This document shows, piece by piece, positions 50,582-61,004 of a stretch of 64,000 nt of DNA (position 1 is the first letter of the stretch; each line of letters starts with the position of its first letter). The DNA is taken from NCBI GenBank assembly GCA_029259175.1, contig JAPDJH010000004.1, positions 64,001 through 128,000 of the forward strand, read 5' to 3'. The position numbers and the translations under genes are program-made. This DNA is from Hadesarchaea archaeon (GTDB taxonomy: Archaea > Hadarchaeota > Hadarchaeia > Hadarchaeales > Hadarchaeaceae). The notes beneath the pieces are model-generated. The model was given only the letters and a program-made list of their open reading frames with translations, did not search any database and was not told the origin of the DNA.

Positions 50582-51829
50582 TCATCTTACCATCCTCACA
50601 ACTCCCGGAACTATGTTCAGGATAAGCAGAATGAGCACCAGATATGAAGTCCACTTGACCACGCGCGATGCCCGGGCGCGTCCGACCCGGCGTTCGAGGG
50701 CCGCTTCCAACATATACCCTCCGTCCAGGGGCTTCGCGGGCAGGAGATTGAAGAGCCCCACCCCTAGATTCAGCGTGTAAAGCCACTGCAGCAGTCCAAT
50801 CCCCCACCACGGGATCAGCGAGTTGTACAGCACTGGAGTGAAGAAACCGCCTGTGAGCACCACGCTCAAAGCCATGTACAGCATGACCAGCGGATTCAGG
50901 AAGTAAGTCCTAGACCGGGCCGAAGCCGGGTAGATGCCGAACACTCCGTGGTTGTCGTCCGGAGCTTTCGCCAACGTTACCACGAATTCGCCTTCATCGG
51001 TGATTAGCTCAGCGTTTTCCCCTGCTACCGTGTTCTCCATTACCGCACGGTACTCCTCCAGCGAGTCCACCGGCACACCATTGACGGCTAGTATTCTGGC
51101 TCCGAGCAGATTTTCCGCGTAGTTCTCCAACGGGTAGTTCTCGGCCACTCCATACACGTACACCCCCGGCTTGGGCACGATAAAAACCAGCAAGAGAGCG
51201 AAAAAGACGAGGGAGATGAGCACGTTGCTCACAGGACCGGCAGCGAACATTCTAATGCGCTTGAGGGGTGTTGTTCGAGCAAGCTCTTTTTCATCGGGCT
51301 CCACAAATCCCCCCGGAATGAACAGGAAGAGGAGAAGCCCCACCGACTTGGTTTTCAAACCCTGAGCGTGCAACAGAAAGCCGTGGCAGAACTCGTGGAC
51401 TATCAACACGATTCCTATTACGACCAGCCACACTGGCAGGCTCAGTCCGGGCAGAATCCCCGGCAAAACGAATTTGACCCCTGGCAGAGCGATAGAGGGC
51501 CTCGTGTAAACGATTAGCGCATTCAAAGCGATGTTGAAAGTCACGAACACCATTAGAGCAAAACCCACAACAGCTGCGAACGTGCCGAACCGAATGAAAC
51601 CTCGCTTGAAGCGGGCGGCCGCGTTGTCTATGAAACCCAGACCCTTGCTGGTGCGCCACATAAGAACCGCTGGGTGAAGCGAGAACCCGCGTCTCTTGAG
51701 ATCGAAGAATCTCCACATCGCCAGCACGAGCGCCCAGATAACACCCACTATGAGCAAGAAGAGGATAAAATCATTCAGGCTTGCACGAGGTGCCCAAGCA
51801 GCCCCCGCTACGAGGAGGAGCCCATTCAT
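50582..51829 (-). CDS. site-2 protease (M50) with PDZ-like domain
   Basis: HEFCH, AGPVSN, NLLPAKPLDGG. Confidence 0.92.
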   Translation of the reverse strand: MNGLLLVAGAAWAPRASLNDFILFLLIVGVIWALVLAMWRFFDLKRRGFSLHPAVLMWRTSKGLGFIDNAAARFKRGFIRFGTFAAVVGFALMVFVTFNIALNALIVYTRPSIALPGVKFVLPGILPGLSLPVWLVVIGIVLIVHEFCHGFLLHAQGLKTKSVGLLLFLFIPGGFVEPDEKELARTTPLKRIRMFAAGPVSNVLISLVFFALLLVFIVPKPGVYVYGVAENYPLENYAENLLGARILAVNGVPVDSLEEYRAVMENTVAGENAELITDEGEFVVTLAKAPDDNHGVFGIYPASARSRTYFLNPLVMLYMALSVVLTGGFFTPVLYNSLIPWWGIGLLQWLYTLNLGVGLFNLLPAKPLDGGYMLEAALERRVGRARASRVVKWTSYLVLILLILNIVPGVVRMVR

Positions 51830-51908
51830 GCGTGCACGAGTTTACTCGGGTCTCGTCGTTTAAGTGCTTTTAAGGGCCGGTGCGGAGAGGTGAAAGGTGG
51901 TGAGCAGA

Positions 51909-52451
51909 ATGGTGAAGATACCTCTCGCCAATGCATACAAGTTCCTCGCTCCGAGACCCATCGTGCTGATAACCACCGTGGACAAGCAGGGACGCATAAA
52001 CGCGGCTCCCATGTCGTGGGTCACTCCCGTTGAATCGGAGCCGCCCATCATCGCGTTTTCGACCAGCTATGACTCGGACACTTATCACAACATCATGGAG
52101 ACGAGGGAATTCGTGATCAACCTTGTCCCAGCGGAGATCCGGAAGCAGATGTGGATCTGCGGTAAGAGCTTTCCGCGCGGAGTCAACGAGCTAGAGCGTG
52201 CCGGTCTCGGCTGGGAGCCCTCGGAGCAAGTAAAACCGCCACGTGTACGCGAATGCCCGGTGAACTTTGAGTGCAAGTTCGAGTGGATGTATGAGGGGCC
52301 GGAGTACGTGGTGATCGCCGGACGGGTGCTGGTCACCCACGCCAGAAAGGACGCGGTAAAGCAGGGATTGCTAAACGTGGAGGCGGTCAAGCCTCTGCTC
52401 CATCTCTCGGGGCGCAACTTCGTGATTGGAGATCACCGAGCGGGTCTGTAG
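51909..52451 (+). CDS. flavin reductase family protein
   Basis: PRPIVLITT, NAAPMSW, DTYHNI, EFVIN, VKPPRV. Confidence 0.88.
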   Translation: MVKIPLANAYKFLAPRPIVLITTVDKQGRINAAPMSWVTPVESEPPIIAFSTSYDSDTYHNIMETREFVINLVPAEIRKQMWICGKSFPRGVNELERAGLGWEPSEQVKPPRVRECPVNFECKFEWMYEGPEYVVIAGRVLVTHARKDAVKQGLLNVEAVKPLLHLSGRNFVIGDHRAGL

Positions 52452-53150
52452 ATGGTGACGCCTGCCAGAGTGGGTGACGAACGAGAAATCGTGTATGACG
52501 AAGAACGCTGGAGTCTGTTTCGTGCGCTCCGAGATAGGGCACGTCAGATTATGGAGGTACTGCGCGAGTTTGATCCGGTCGTCCATGGAAGCGTCGCGCG
52601 GGGCGATGTGGACAAAGACAGCGACATCGACGTTTTCATACCTCGAGTCGTGCCCTCCTACAGGATCGAACTGACTCTGCAGCGTGAGTTCGGAATCCAG
52701 CGTCGAGAACTAGTGATGGCCACTCCTTGGCAGCTTCCCAAAGCACACGTCTATTTGGATGAAAAGTGTTCCGTCACCTTTCCAATGGTGAAGCCCCGGC
52801 AAACCGAGCTCGAGTTTTATTATTTCGGTGGAGCGGCAGATCTGTCAGCTGTTGCGGAGGGAAAGCGAGTGCCCGGGGTCGACAAGAGGCTGATGCTCAT
52901 CCTTCCAACACCAGAAGGGCATGTGGAGCGTTCGATAATCGGGCAGGAGTCCGAAGTGGCGAAGATATTGGGGATTAGCATCGAAATCGTACGAGAGCGA
53001 ATTCAAGTCCTCAGCCGAAGAGCGGAGATCGGCCACACCGGTTTGTTCATTCAGCGGGAGCTCGGGACAACCGAGAGTTTTGAAGAAGTGTTCAAGTCGG
53101 AAATCTTAGAGAATCCAGCCGCTAGGCTTCGGCTAAAAGCTGGCGAATAA
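52452..53150 (+). CDS. archaeal nucleotidyltransferase-domain protein (COG2413-like)
   Basis: HGSVARGDV..DSDID, EFYYFGG, RVPGVDKRL. Confidence 0.85.
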   Translation: MVTPARVGDEREIVYDEERWSLFRALRDRARQIMEVLREFDPVVHGSVARGDVDKDSDIDVFIPRVVPSYRIELTLQREFGIQRRELVMATPWQLPKAHVYLDEKCSVTFPMVKPRQTELEFYYFGGAADLSAVAEGKRVPGVDKRLMLILPTPEGHVERSIIGQESEVAKILGISIEIVRERIQVLSRRAEIGHTGLFIQRELGTTESFEEVFKSEILENPAARLRLKAGE

Positions 53151-53229
53151 CTGCTGGACACGAATTACTTTCAGTGCGGTTAGATAGGATTAACCTAGAT
53201 AACGCTGTTATAGGTATAGAGAAATCTGA

Positions 53230-53769
53230 ATGAAAAGCTCGGAAAATGAGGAAAAAAGAGCATCTGCTGTGAAAGACGCTCTGTTTTCCCACCTGGCTCG
53301 TTTGGCAAACATGCAGGACTTCATCATCTCCCAGCGCACGGAGGCCTCCCTCTTTACCATATCCGATCCACGCGTGCGCCGAGCGATGCTCGCGATTCTC
53401 GTCGACAGCCGTGAGCACTACATGGCGCTGATTCGAACAGTCCCGGGAATCGAAGAACTGCGCGACAGCAGACGCGGTGCATCCGTGCTCCGACTGCCGA
53501 TAAAAGAGGGTGAAACAGAAGAAGAAATCCTGGTCCACCAACTGAACGTGTTGAAAAGCTTGGAAATTTCGTGGGAGCTTGTCTTGAAGTTTTTGGATTT
53601 GATCGCCGAACGCGAATTCGTTGATAACGGTGTTTACATCCGAGCGGCCAAGCTCCGGCGGCTGGCCCGAACAATACTGCGAAGACATCGAGAAAACATC
53701 CGCGTGATTGAACGTGCTCTAAAGCTATACCGCGAAGGCCACATCCGTATCAGGACTTCACGAGGTTAG
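53230..53769 (+). CDS. hypothetical protein, possibly ferritin-like helical bundle
   Basis: 179-aa helical ORF, DSREH motif. Confidence 0.5.
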   Translation: MKSSENEEKRASAVKDALFSHLARLANMQDFIISQRTEASLFTISDPRVRRAMLAILVDSREHYMALIRTVPGIEELRDSRRGASVLRLPIKEGETEEEILVHQLNVLKSLEISWELVLKFLDLIAEREFVDNGVYIRAAKLRRLARTILRRHRENIRVIERALKLYREGHIRIRTSRG

Positions 53770-55346
53770 GTCTCGCACACCTCTCTGAAACGTCTGATGA
53801 CGAACTCTCTCTCAAGGGCAGACAAAAACGCTCCAGCACGTGGCCCCGATGGGCGTCCCAGGAGTGCGAGATAGATGGCTCGAAAAAGCGCGGGTGGTTC
53901 GATGTTTTGCTCCCGGGCAACATCGTAGATCAGATTGTGTATGGAGAGAGGAGAGAACTCAGCCTCGGCCAAGCGGCGGGCAAGAGAGAGAAGGCTTTCC
54001 CGCTGTTTCTGGGACAGCTCTATCCGAGGTGGTTTTTCCAGAACTTTGAAGCGCAGGTGCTCTGGAGCGTAAAGTTCGACCCAACGCTTTGCGCGCTCTA
54101 TGCGCCTGATGGCGAGTTGGATGTCTTGGTCCGAAGGCTGTTTCAGAATCCCTCGGGTCTCCAAGATTTCCAAGATGCGTTCTCTGGTGGGCGCCACCTG
54201 ACAGAGAATCGCTGCGAAGCGGAAGGAGACGCGCTGTGGCATTTGCTCGGGAACGTCATCTGTTTGCGAGAGCTCGTAGATCCGCTTCACCTGTTCTATT
54301 CTCGACTCTGGGAGAGTGGCTTTTCCGAAGTACACCTGCTCGGCGAGGTCGTATTCATCATAGAGATCCGGGAGAGCTGATGGGTCGAACTCTTTGGCTT
54401 TGAGGGGCTTGCTGCGAAAGATGAAGTAACGGAGAAGCTCGGGTTCCGCGATGTCCAGCCACTGACGCAAAGTGAACACAATCCCCTTGGACGACGAGAG
54501 CTGGACTCCACGCATGCCCACCCACTCGTAGGGGACTGGGTATGGGGGGTCGTACTCAAAAATCTGCTTGGATATGAGTTTGCCAGTGTCATAACTTCCA
54601 CCGGAAGCGGCGTGATCTTTGCCAAAGGGCTCGCACGTCACTCCTAACAGCTTCCAGCGGGCCGGCCACTCCACCCGCCACGTCAGTTTTCCTTCACCCT
54701 TGGTATAATCGGCTTCTCCCTCGTGGCCACACCCGCTCACATAGTCGGTTCCCTCGCACCGGTATCTCACTTTCGTGCCACTCCAATCGATTGCGCGAGT
54801 CGTGGATATCCTGCCGCACTGGTGACAGAGGGGGTCATAGGGAAGCCAGTCATCGGGAAGGGGTTGGTTGCGGAAGCGGTTCAGGATTTCGCGGATCTCG
54901 TCTGCCCGCTCGAGGGCCGTTCGGATGAGCTCAGACATCCGGCCGCTGCGGTACACATCGGCCGCCGAGTAAATCTCTACGTTGATCCCAAACTCTCTAA
55001 GCGATTCCACAAACGGGCGGGAAAAATAATCGACGAAGTTCCTGTACTCCGGACTGGGGGATGGGATGTTGGCGTACGGCACTCCCAAATATTGTTTGTA
55101 CCGTTCCGCTTCTTCCCCTTGGTTGAGAGGCCACGGGACACGACGCAGCGGATCGTAGTCGTCTGCGTACCAGATGGCCTTGGCTTTTGCCCCTCGCTCA
55201 ACGAGTGCCCTCCGTATAGCGTCTGCAATGAACACGTCATTTGCATGCCCGATGTGGATGTGCCCAGAGATGGAGATCCCGCTGGCCACCGTGTGCTCGT
55301 CTCCGCGTTTGAGCAGAGCTTCGGCGATGCGATCCACCCAGTGCAT
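53766..55346 (-). CDS. lysS: lysine--tRNA ligase, class I
   Basis: HWVD, SGHIHIGH, WRVEWPARW, GKDH, LSSSKG, GPR. Confidence 0.95.
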   Translation of the reverse strand: MHWVDRIAEALLKRGDEHTVASGISISGHIHIGHANDVFIADAIRRALVERGAKAKAIWYADDYDPLRRVPWPLNQGEEAERYKQYLGVPYANIPSPSPEYRNFVDYFSRPFVESLREFGINVEIYSAADVYRSGRMSELIRTALERADEIREILNRFRNQPLPDDWLPYDPLCHQCGRISTTRAIDWSGTKVRYRCEGTDYVSGCGHEGEADYTKGEGKLTWRVEWPARWKLLGVTCEPFGKDHAASGGSYDTGKLISKQIFEYDPPYPVPYEWVGMRGVQLSSSKGIVFTLRQWLDIAEPELLRYFIFRSKPLKAKEFDPSALPDLYDEYDLAEQVYFGKATLPESRIEQVKRIYELSQTDDVPEQMPQRVSFRFAAILCQVAPTRERILEILETRGILKQPSDQDIQLAIRRIERAKRWVELYAPEHLRFKVLEKPPRIELSQKQRESLLSLARRLAEAEFSPLSIHNLIYDVAREQNIEPPALFRAIYLALLGRPSGPRAGAFLSALEREFVIRRFREVCET

Positions 55347-55428
55347 CACTCAAGTCTGGTTTGGTAGGACTAAAACTTTAAGGTACTGCGATGATCGCAT
55401 CTAAAATTTTCAAGGTTCAAGTTTTAAG

Positions 55429-55446
55429 GTAATACAATAGTATTAC
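55429..55446. promoter_or_regulatory. GTAATAC-N4-GTATTAC palindrome, putative RHH antitoxin operator
   Basis: Perfect 7-bp inverted repeat between the TTTTAA box and the start codon. Confidence 0.6.
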
Positions 55447-55456
55447 TATCGGGAGC

Positions 55457-55687
55457 ATGAAAGTCATTACTGCGAAGATTCCTGAAAGACTGAGCAAGAG
55501 AATGGAAAAACTGATGAAAGAGCGTGGTTATCCTTCCCAGTCCGAACTGCTTCGAGACGCGATAAGAAGACTATTGGAGCCCGAACTTGACGAGAAAATA
55601 GTTAGAGAGATTATAATCGCGAGGGAACAAATAAAACGTGGAAAAACTGTTTCATTTGAAGAAATTGAGAAAAGTTTGGAAGAATAG
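55457..55687 (+). CDS. CopG/RHH antitoxin
   Basis: ITAKIP...YPSQSELLRDAIRRLL. Confidence 0.88.
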   Translation: MKVITAKIPERLSKRMEKLMKERGYPSQSELLRDAIRRLLEPELDEKIVREIIIAREQIKRGKTVSFEEIEKSLEE

Positions 55688-55694
55688 TAAGCAA

Positions 55695-55964
55695 ATGTAC
55701 TATATCGAATTTTCAGAGTTAGCGAAGAGAAAATTCGAAAAGCTAGGGAGGGCGATTCAGGTAAGGATTGTAAAAAAGCTTCGGCAGATACGAGCAATGG
55801 ATAATCCTTATAGATTTTTCGAGCCGTTGAAAGGGGTTTCGGCTAGAAAAGCCAGGGTAGGGAATTATCGAATCATCGCAGACATCGATGTGAAAAATAA
55901 GAAGATTTACGTTTTAACGATCGGTCATAGAAAGGAAATTTACAAGAAATTGCACAAGAAATGA
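55695..55964 (+). CDS. relE: RelE/ParE-family toxin
   Basis: YxIEFS..AKR, RVGNYRII, IGHRKEIY. Confidence 0.9.
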   Translation: MYYIEFSELAKRKFEKLGRAIQVRIVKKLRQIRAMDNPYRFFEPLKGVSARKARVGNYRIIADIDVKNKKIYVLTIGHRKEIYKKLHKK

Positions 55965-56007
55965 GGTTTGAAAGCGTTTATTTAGTTCCATCCCCTCGAG
56001 GTATTGT

Positions 56008-57183
56008 ATGAGGCCAGCATCCAAAATGCAGCAGATCCCTCCGTCGAGCACTCTCCGCGTGCTCGGGCTCGCAAAGGAAATGGAGCGCAAGGGAAAACGC
56101 GTGCTCCATCTCGAAGTTGGGGAACCGGACTTTGACACCCCAGAACACATCAAGCAGGCAGCAAACGAAGCACTGCGCAAGGGGATGACCAAATACACTC
56201 CCAGTCAAGGGATGGTAGAGCTCCGAGAGGCTATCGCCGAAGATATTCGAAAGCGCGGTTTTGACGCAGATCCAGCAAACATCATAGTGACCCCTGGTGC
56301 GAAACACGCCATCTTCTGCGCTCTCGTGGCGGCGCTCGACCCGGGGGATGAAGTCATAATCCCTAGCCCGTGCTGGACCTACAAGGCCATGGTTCAGCTG
56401 GCTGGCGGCAAGCCGGTGTTCGTCGAAACGAAAGCAGAGGAGGGATTCGTCCCGGATCCGGAGCGAGTGTTGGAAGCCATCACTCCAAAAACCAGGATGC
56501 TTTTGCTCAACTATCCGAGCAATCCCACGGGAGCCGTTCTCGACCGCGCGCAGCTGAAACCGCTCGTGGATATTGCTATCGATAAGGGTTTCTGGATTCT
56601 CTCCGACGAAATCTATGATCGTCTCGTCTACGAGGGGGAACACGTGAGCCCCTTGTCCCTCGACGGAGCTGCCGAGTGCACGATTTACATCAACGGATTT
56701 TCGAAAACTTATGCAATGACGGGATGGCGACTGGGCTACGCCATGGCTCCCAAGGATCTCGTGACCGAGATGGTAAAGATACAGCAGGCATCGACCTCCT
56801 GTGTTCCAGCATTCGTGCAAATGGCCGGGATAGCTGCCTTGCGTGGTCCCCAGGACTCAGTCGAGCAAATGCGCAGCGAGTATCAAAAAAGGCGTGATCT
56901 GATCGTCAAGCACTTGGATGCCATAGAGGGCATTTCTTGTTTCAAGCCCCGAGGGGCGTTCTACGTCTTCCCGAGCATCAAGGAGCTCGGCATCCCGTCG
57001 CTGGAGTTCTGCGAGAAACTATTGAAGGAAAAGGGAGTGGCAGTAGTGCCCGGAAGCGGATTCGGTCCTTTTGGCAAAGGACACGTCCGATTCAGCTACG
57101 CGACGTCTCCCGCTGTGATAGAAGAGGCGATGGCCCTAGTCAAGGAGCTGGTGGAGGAGATTCGGGCTGGTAAGAAGCGCTGA
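56008..57183 (+). CDS. class I/II PLP aminotransferase (aspartate aminotransferase-like)
   Basis: GEPDF, NYPSNPTG, SDEIY, FSKTYAMTGWRLG. Confidence 0.92.
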   Translation: MRPASKMQQIPPSSTLRVLGLAKEMERKGKRVLHLEVGEPDFDTPEHIKQAANEALRKGMTKYTPSQGMVELREAIAEDIRKRGFDADPANIIVTPGAKHAIFCALVAALDPGDEVIIPSPCWTYKAMVQLAGGKPVFVETKAEEGFVPDPERVLEAITPKTRMLLLNYPSNPTGAVLDRAQLKPLVDIAIDKGFWILSDEIYDRLVYEGEHVSPLSLDGAAECTIYINGFSKTYAMTGWRLGYAMAPKDLVTEMVKIQQASTSCVPAFVQMAGIAALRGPQDSVEQMRSEYQKRRDLIVKHLDAIEGISCFKPRGAFYVFPSIKELGIPSLEFCEKLLKEKGVAVVPGSGFGPFGKGHVRFSYATSPAVIEEAMALVKELVEEIRAGKKR

Positions 57184-57802
57184 GAATTGTGCGAATCTCG
57201 CGGGCTTTCTTTCTGCCGATCCCTTCCACTTCCATCAATTGCTTTTCTGTTGCCATCATCACAGCTTGGACGGATCCGAAATGCCGGAGCAAGCGGTCCG
57301 CCAAAACGGCTGAGACCCCCGGCAGCCCTTCCACAATGAAGCGCTGGAGCTGTGCGACCGAAAGCGGGATGCGCTTCGGCCTAAGCGGTGGCTCACGAGG
57401 CGGTTTTTCTATCCTCTTTGCGAGAGTGGCCAGCAGATGGGCGGTATCGGTTTCATCCTCCGTGGGGATTATCGAAACACCAAAATCCACGGTGATGGCC
57501 GCCATCGCTCCCCGAATAGCGTTGGGATGCACATCGCGCATGGTATAGAGTCCTGCGCCCTCGAGAATCAGAAGCGGACGTTCAAAGTTTTCCGCCAGCA
57601 ACTTGGCTTGATTGAGCAAACGGCCGTCGATGAGAGATTGGAGGAAGTCCCACACGGTCTTTCTCTCAACGCCTATGTGTGTAGAAACTATGAAGTCCGC
57701 CACGGGAAGCTGTCGGATCTCCACTTCGACTCCCAGTTCGCGCAAGCGTTCGATAAGAAACGGGCTCTCGCGGTGATCGGCGACGATTTTCATTTTGGCC
57801 AC
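57140..57802 (-). CDS. XPF/ERCC4 nuclease (short form with HhH2)
   Basis: DHRE, ADF, VERKT..DF..S..DGRL, LPGVS, VEGIG. Confidence 0.9.
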   Translation of the reverse strand: MAKMKIVADHRESPFLIERLRELGVEVEIRQLPVADFIVSTHIGVERKTVWDFLQSLIDGRLLNQAKLLAENFERPLLILEGAGLYTMRDVHPNAIRGAMAAITVDFGVSIIPTEDETDTAHLLATLAKRIEKPPREPPLRPKRIPLSVAQLQRFIVEGLPGVSAVLADRLLRHFGSVQAVMMATEKQLMEVEGIGRKKAREIRTILSASYQPESPPPAP

Positions 57803-57869
57803 TCTCCCATCACTCCTAGAACCGCTCTTTTATATGATGCCACGACGCCTGAGAACAAAAACACCGGAT

Positions 57870-58145
57870 TTACGCCGCCAGCAAGGTATACGTCCATATC
57901 CACACAACAAGCCAGCAAACGAAGGTCGGAAAGAATCCGGTTTTGAGTATGGTGCTTCTAGAAATTTCCGATGGCTGTATTTTGAGAATCTGATAGGTCT
58001 GCTTGTAGGTGACATAGAAAAGACCCAACATCAAAAGGAAATCCAGCCAGCCGTTCGGGATGAATCCAGAGATTACTCCCGCCAGCACGCCTATCGCGGT
58101 AAAGAGAAGCACTACTCTCTGCCGTACGGTCAGCGCTTTCAGCAT
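57870..58145 (-). CDS. small 3-TM membrane protein (EMC6-like/DUF5379-like)
   Basis: Three hydrophobic segments, G..P.F..WLVVW...Y C-terminus. Confidence 0.6.
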   Translation of the reverse strand: MLKALTVRQRVVLLFTAIGVLAGVISGFIPNGWLDFLLMLGLFYVTYKQTYQILKIQPSEISRSTILKTGFFPTFVCWLVVWIWTYTLLAA

Positions 58146-58198
58146 CCTCTCTTACTCCTCCTCAGATGTTTTATACTCTTACCACGACCCATCATCGA

Positions 58199-59482
58199 AT
58201 GCGTGCGTGTCAACTCCTTCCGGGCGTGGTAGTTGCAGCGGTTGTCTCGGCGGTCGTTGTTGTGCTCGTCCCGATGCCACCAGATGTGACCACTTACTCC
58301 TTCCTCGGCAGCAACACGTTTCGCGACAATGTCTGGGCTGAGATCGTCGAAACGGCTCCCGAGGAGCTGGACAACCCACAGATCCGCAATATTGCGGACG
58401 TGATTTTGGAGTTGTTTACTGAAGCGGAGAACTTTATCGACATGGAGGTCTACACCATCTATGCGAGCGATTCCAGTCCTCTTTCCGATATTCATTCGGC
58501 ACTCTTTGATGCCGCGGGGCGGGGCGTCCACGTGCGGATTTTCATCGACAACGAAATCTTTCACGATCTCTATGAGTCAGAAAAAACTCTTTTCGACAAT
58601 TTGCTCAGCAACGAAAATATCGAACTAAAAACATCCCCTTGGCCGATGCACTCCAAAATGATCGTGGTTGACAATCAGGAAGCCTTGGTGAGCAGCGCCA
58701 ATCTTAGCTGGAGCGCCATGACATCGGATCGTGAGATTGCTGTTTATCTTCGCGGTGAAATCATCGTGCGCGCGTTGGACGCTATTTTTGAGAGCGGATG
58801 GTATGATTCTCCGTCCACTCTTTACGAAAACGGCTGGCCTCTGGAGTGGATCAAGCCCGTGGTCACTCCGGTGGGGTCACCCGAGTGGGCTCCAGAGACC
58901 TTGGATGTGATCACCGGGCTGATCGGCTCGGCCTCTTCAACCATCCATGCACCGGTCTACGCGTACTCCGGTTTTCCCCCTTCGCTTCGCAATTCTCTGA
59001 ACCAAGCGGCTGCTCATGGGGTAGAACTCAGGATGATTGTCGACCACTGGTATACCGGCCTAAACGATTTTCCCTATCTCTACGAGTTGGGATCAAAACC
59101 CTCAGTTGGAATAAAGGCGGCGACCTTGCCCTATGCCGCTTATCACACCAAATCGGTTGTGGTTGACGGCCGCCGAGGCTACGTGGGAAGCGCCAACTGG
59201 TCAAACGCTTCGATGACGTGGAGGCGAGAAATCGGCATCTGCTTCGATGACGAGAACCTAGCATCTGCGGTTGAGGAGATATTCCAAACTGATTGGAACA
59301 GCTCCTACGTAAGCTGGGTTGCCCGCCCAGAGCTCCCATCGGCTCTTCCCATCGGGATCTCCACTTTCGTAATTGTCTTCTCCATGCTGTTTTTACATCA
59401 GTGGTTGAGAGAACGAAAAAGACAAAAGCAGCGCCGGAAGTGGATCGCAGAACTGTGGGCTTCTTCTCGCTCCGAGTTGTGA
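58199..59482 (+). CDS. phospholipase D-family protein, membrane anchored
   Basis: Two HKD motifs (HSKMIVVD, HTKSVVVD) with SAN; N- and C-terminal TM segments. Confidence 0.88.
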   Translation: MRACQLLPGVVVAAVVSAVVVVLVPMPPDVTTYSFLGSNTFRDNVWAEIVETAPEELDNPQIRNIADVILELFTEAENFIDMEVYTIYASDSSPLSDIHSALFDAAGRGVHVRIFIDNEIFHDLYESEKTLFDNLLSNENIELKTSPWPMHSKMIVVDNQEALVSSANLSWSAMTSDREIAVYLRGEIIVRALDAIFESGWYDSPSTLYENGWPLEWIKPVVTPVGSPEWAPETLDVITGLIGSASSTIHAPVYAYSGFPPSLRNSLNQAAAHGVELRMIVDHWYTGLNDFPYLYELGSKPSVGIKAATLPYAAYHTKSVVVDGRRGYVGSANWSNASMTWRREIGICFDDENLASAVEEIFQTDWNSSYVSWVARPELPSALPIGISTFVIVFSMLFLHQWLRERKRQKQRRKWIAELWASSRSEL

Positions 59483-59483
59483 G

Positions 59484-59560
59484 TGGAGCCCCGGGCGGGA
59501 ATTGAACCCGCGACCTCACGCTTACCAAGCGTGCGCTCTTACCGGCTGAGCTACCGGGGC
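59484..59560 (-). tRNA. tRNA-Thr(GGT), CCA encoded
   Basis: GCCCCGG/CCGGGGC acceptor, CACGC-TTGGTAA-GCGTG anticodon arm. Confidence 0.96.
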
Positions 59561-59640
59561 CCTATTTTCTGCTAGGACGGACGGATTTGAAAACCTATCG
59601 TCCCGCTAACCTTCTAAACCTCTGAAACATAGTGTTGTTG

Positions 59641-60426
59641 ATGCGAGTAGGAGTCATCGGTGCTGGCAACATGGGGTTGGCCCTGCTCACCGGTTTCACT
59701 CGTGCCCGTTTGCAGACCCGGCATCAGTTCATGGCAAGCGATCCAGATGAAGCGAAGCTGAAGCGGTGCGCGGAACTGGGGGTGCGTGTAAGCTCGGATA
59801 ACCAAGAAGTGGCACGCTGGGCGGATGTAGTGTTTGTAGCTGTCAAGCCCCACGTAGTTGAGAGCGTGTTGCGGTCTCTTGGAGATCAGCTCAAAGGAAA
59901 GCTCGTCATATCGATCGCGGCTGGTGTTCCTCTGGCAAAGCTTGAAGCGTTGACGCCTGCGCGTGTGATACGCCTGATGCCCAATCTCTGCGCTGAGGTG
60001 GGGGAGATGGCGGGATGTTACTGTCTGGGAAACAGAGCGAGCGCTGCGGACGAGCAGATTGTAAAAGAACTGCTCGAGCCCTTGGGGTTGGTCTTGCGAG
60101 TCGAGGAGTCCCTAATGGATGCGGTCACGGCGGTGAGCGGGAGTGGTCCGGCCTTCTTTTGCCACCTGATTCAAGCAGCAAGCGAGGCGGGGACAGAACT
60201 CGGTTTGGAGCCCGACACGGCGAAACAGCTCGCGGCCCAGACAGCCAAGGGAGCGGCTTCTATGATTCTCGCTGGTCATGACCCCGGGGAACTGATAAAA
60301 CGAGTATGTACTCCTGGCGGAACTACTGCAGAGGGGATGAAGGTACTGGAAGAGCGAAAAACCGCCGAGAGCTTGAAAGAGGCCATTAGATCGGCGGCGC
60401 GGCGTGCCAAGGAGCTTTCACGCTAG
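59641..60426 (+). CDS. proC: pyrroline-5-carboxylate reductase
   Basis: GAGNMG, AVKP, SIAAG, RLMPN, SGSGPA, TPGGTT. Confidence 0.95.
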   Translation: MRVGVIGAGNMGLALLTGFTRARLQTRHQFMASDPDEAKLKRCAELGVRVSSDNQEVARWADVVFVAVKPHVVESVLRSLGDQLKGKLVISIAAGVPLAKLEALTPARVIRLMPNLCAEVGEMAGCYCLGNRASAADEQIVKELLEPLGLVLRVEESLMDAVTAVSGSGPAFFCHLIQAASEAGTELGLEPDTAKQLAAQTAKGAASMILAGHDPGELIKRVCTPGGTTAEGMKVLEERKTAESLKEAIRSAARRAKELSR

Positions 60427-60801
60427 TTCCTCGGAGACCCCCTCTACCGCCTGCTGAACCTCCGCCAGCCGCCGCTTGATAAAAGGCGGCAGATCTTTCG
60501 CTCGCTCGTAAGCTTTCCGGATTTCCTGCATGACTTGCTCGTAGACCTGTTGGGGCGGATTCTCCAGCTTGCGTCTTCGCGTTCGGCGCGTCTCGTAAAC
60601 GACTTCTTCAAACCTGATGGTCTGGATGTTCCAGAGATAATTTCCCAGCAAGACCACCGCTACAACTATCCGCTTGCTCTCCGGATCTTCCACGTGCTTT
60701 TCGGCAAGCAGTGCGGTGTGAGACACGAACCACCCCTGGCGCCCGAGCGTGCCGAGAAACTTGGGGGCGTTGACGCTTCGCCCTATAAGATCGGTTCCCA
60801 T
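60418..60801 (-). CDS. hypothetical protein
   Basis: ~127-aa ORF converging on proC, no recognised motif. Confidence 0.5.
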   Translation of the reverse strand: MGTDLIGRSVNAPKFLGTLGRQGWFVSHTALLAEKHVEDPESKRIVVAVVLLGNYLWNIQTIRFEEVVYETRRTRRRKLENPPQQVYEQVMQEIRKAYERAKDLPPFIKRRLAEVQQAVEGVSEELA

Positions 60802-61004
60802 GTAAATCCCCACAATTTATGCACGGCTAACATTTAACTCGCTCGGTTAGGGAGTATCAGGGCCAGACATAAGCGAACGCAAAAGTGAAAAACGTCCGCT
60901 CGTCTCCCGCTCCACGAGTTCCTGAAGCGCCAGCGGCTTCGTCGCGTCGCACCTCCCGGAGAAGCTATTTATCCGATCCAAGCCAGAATCATCTGGGGGT
61001 GGAG

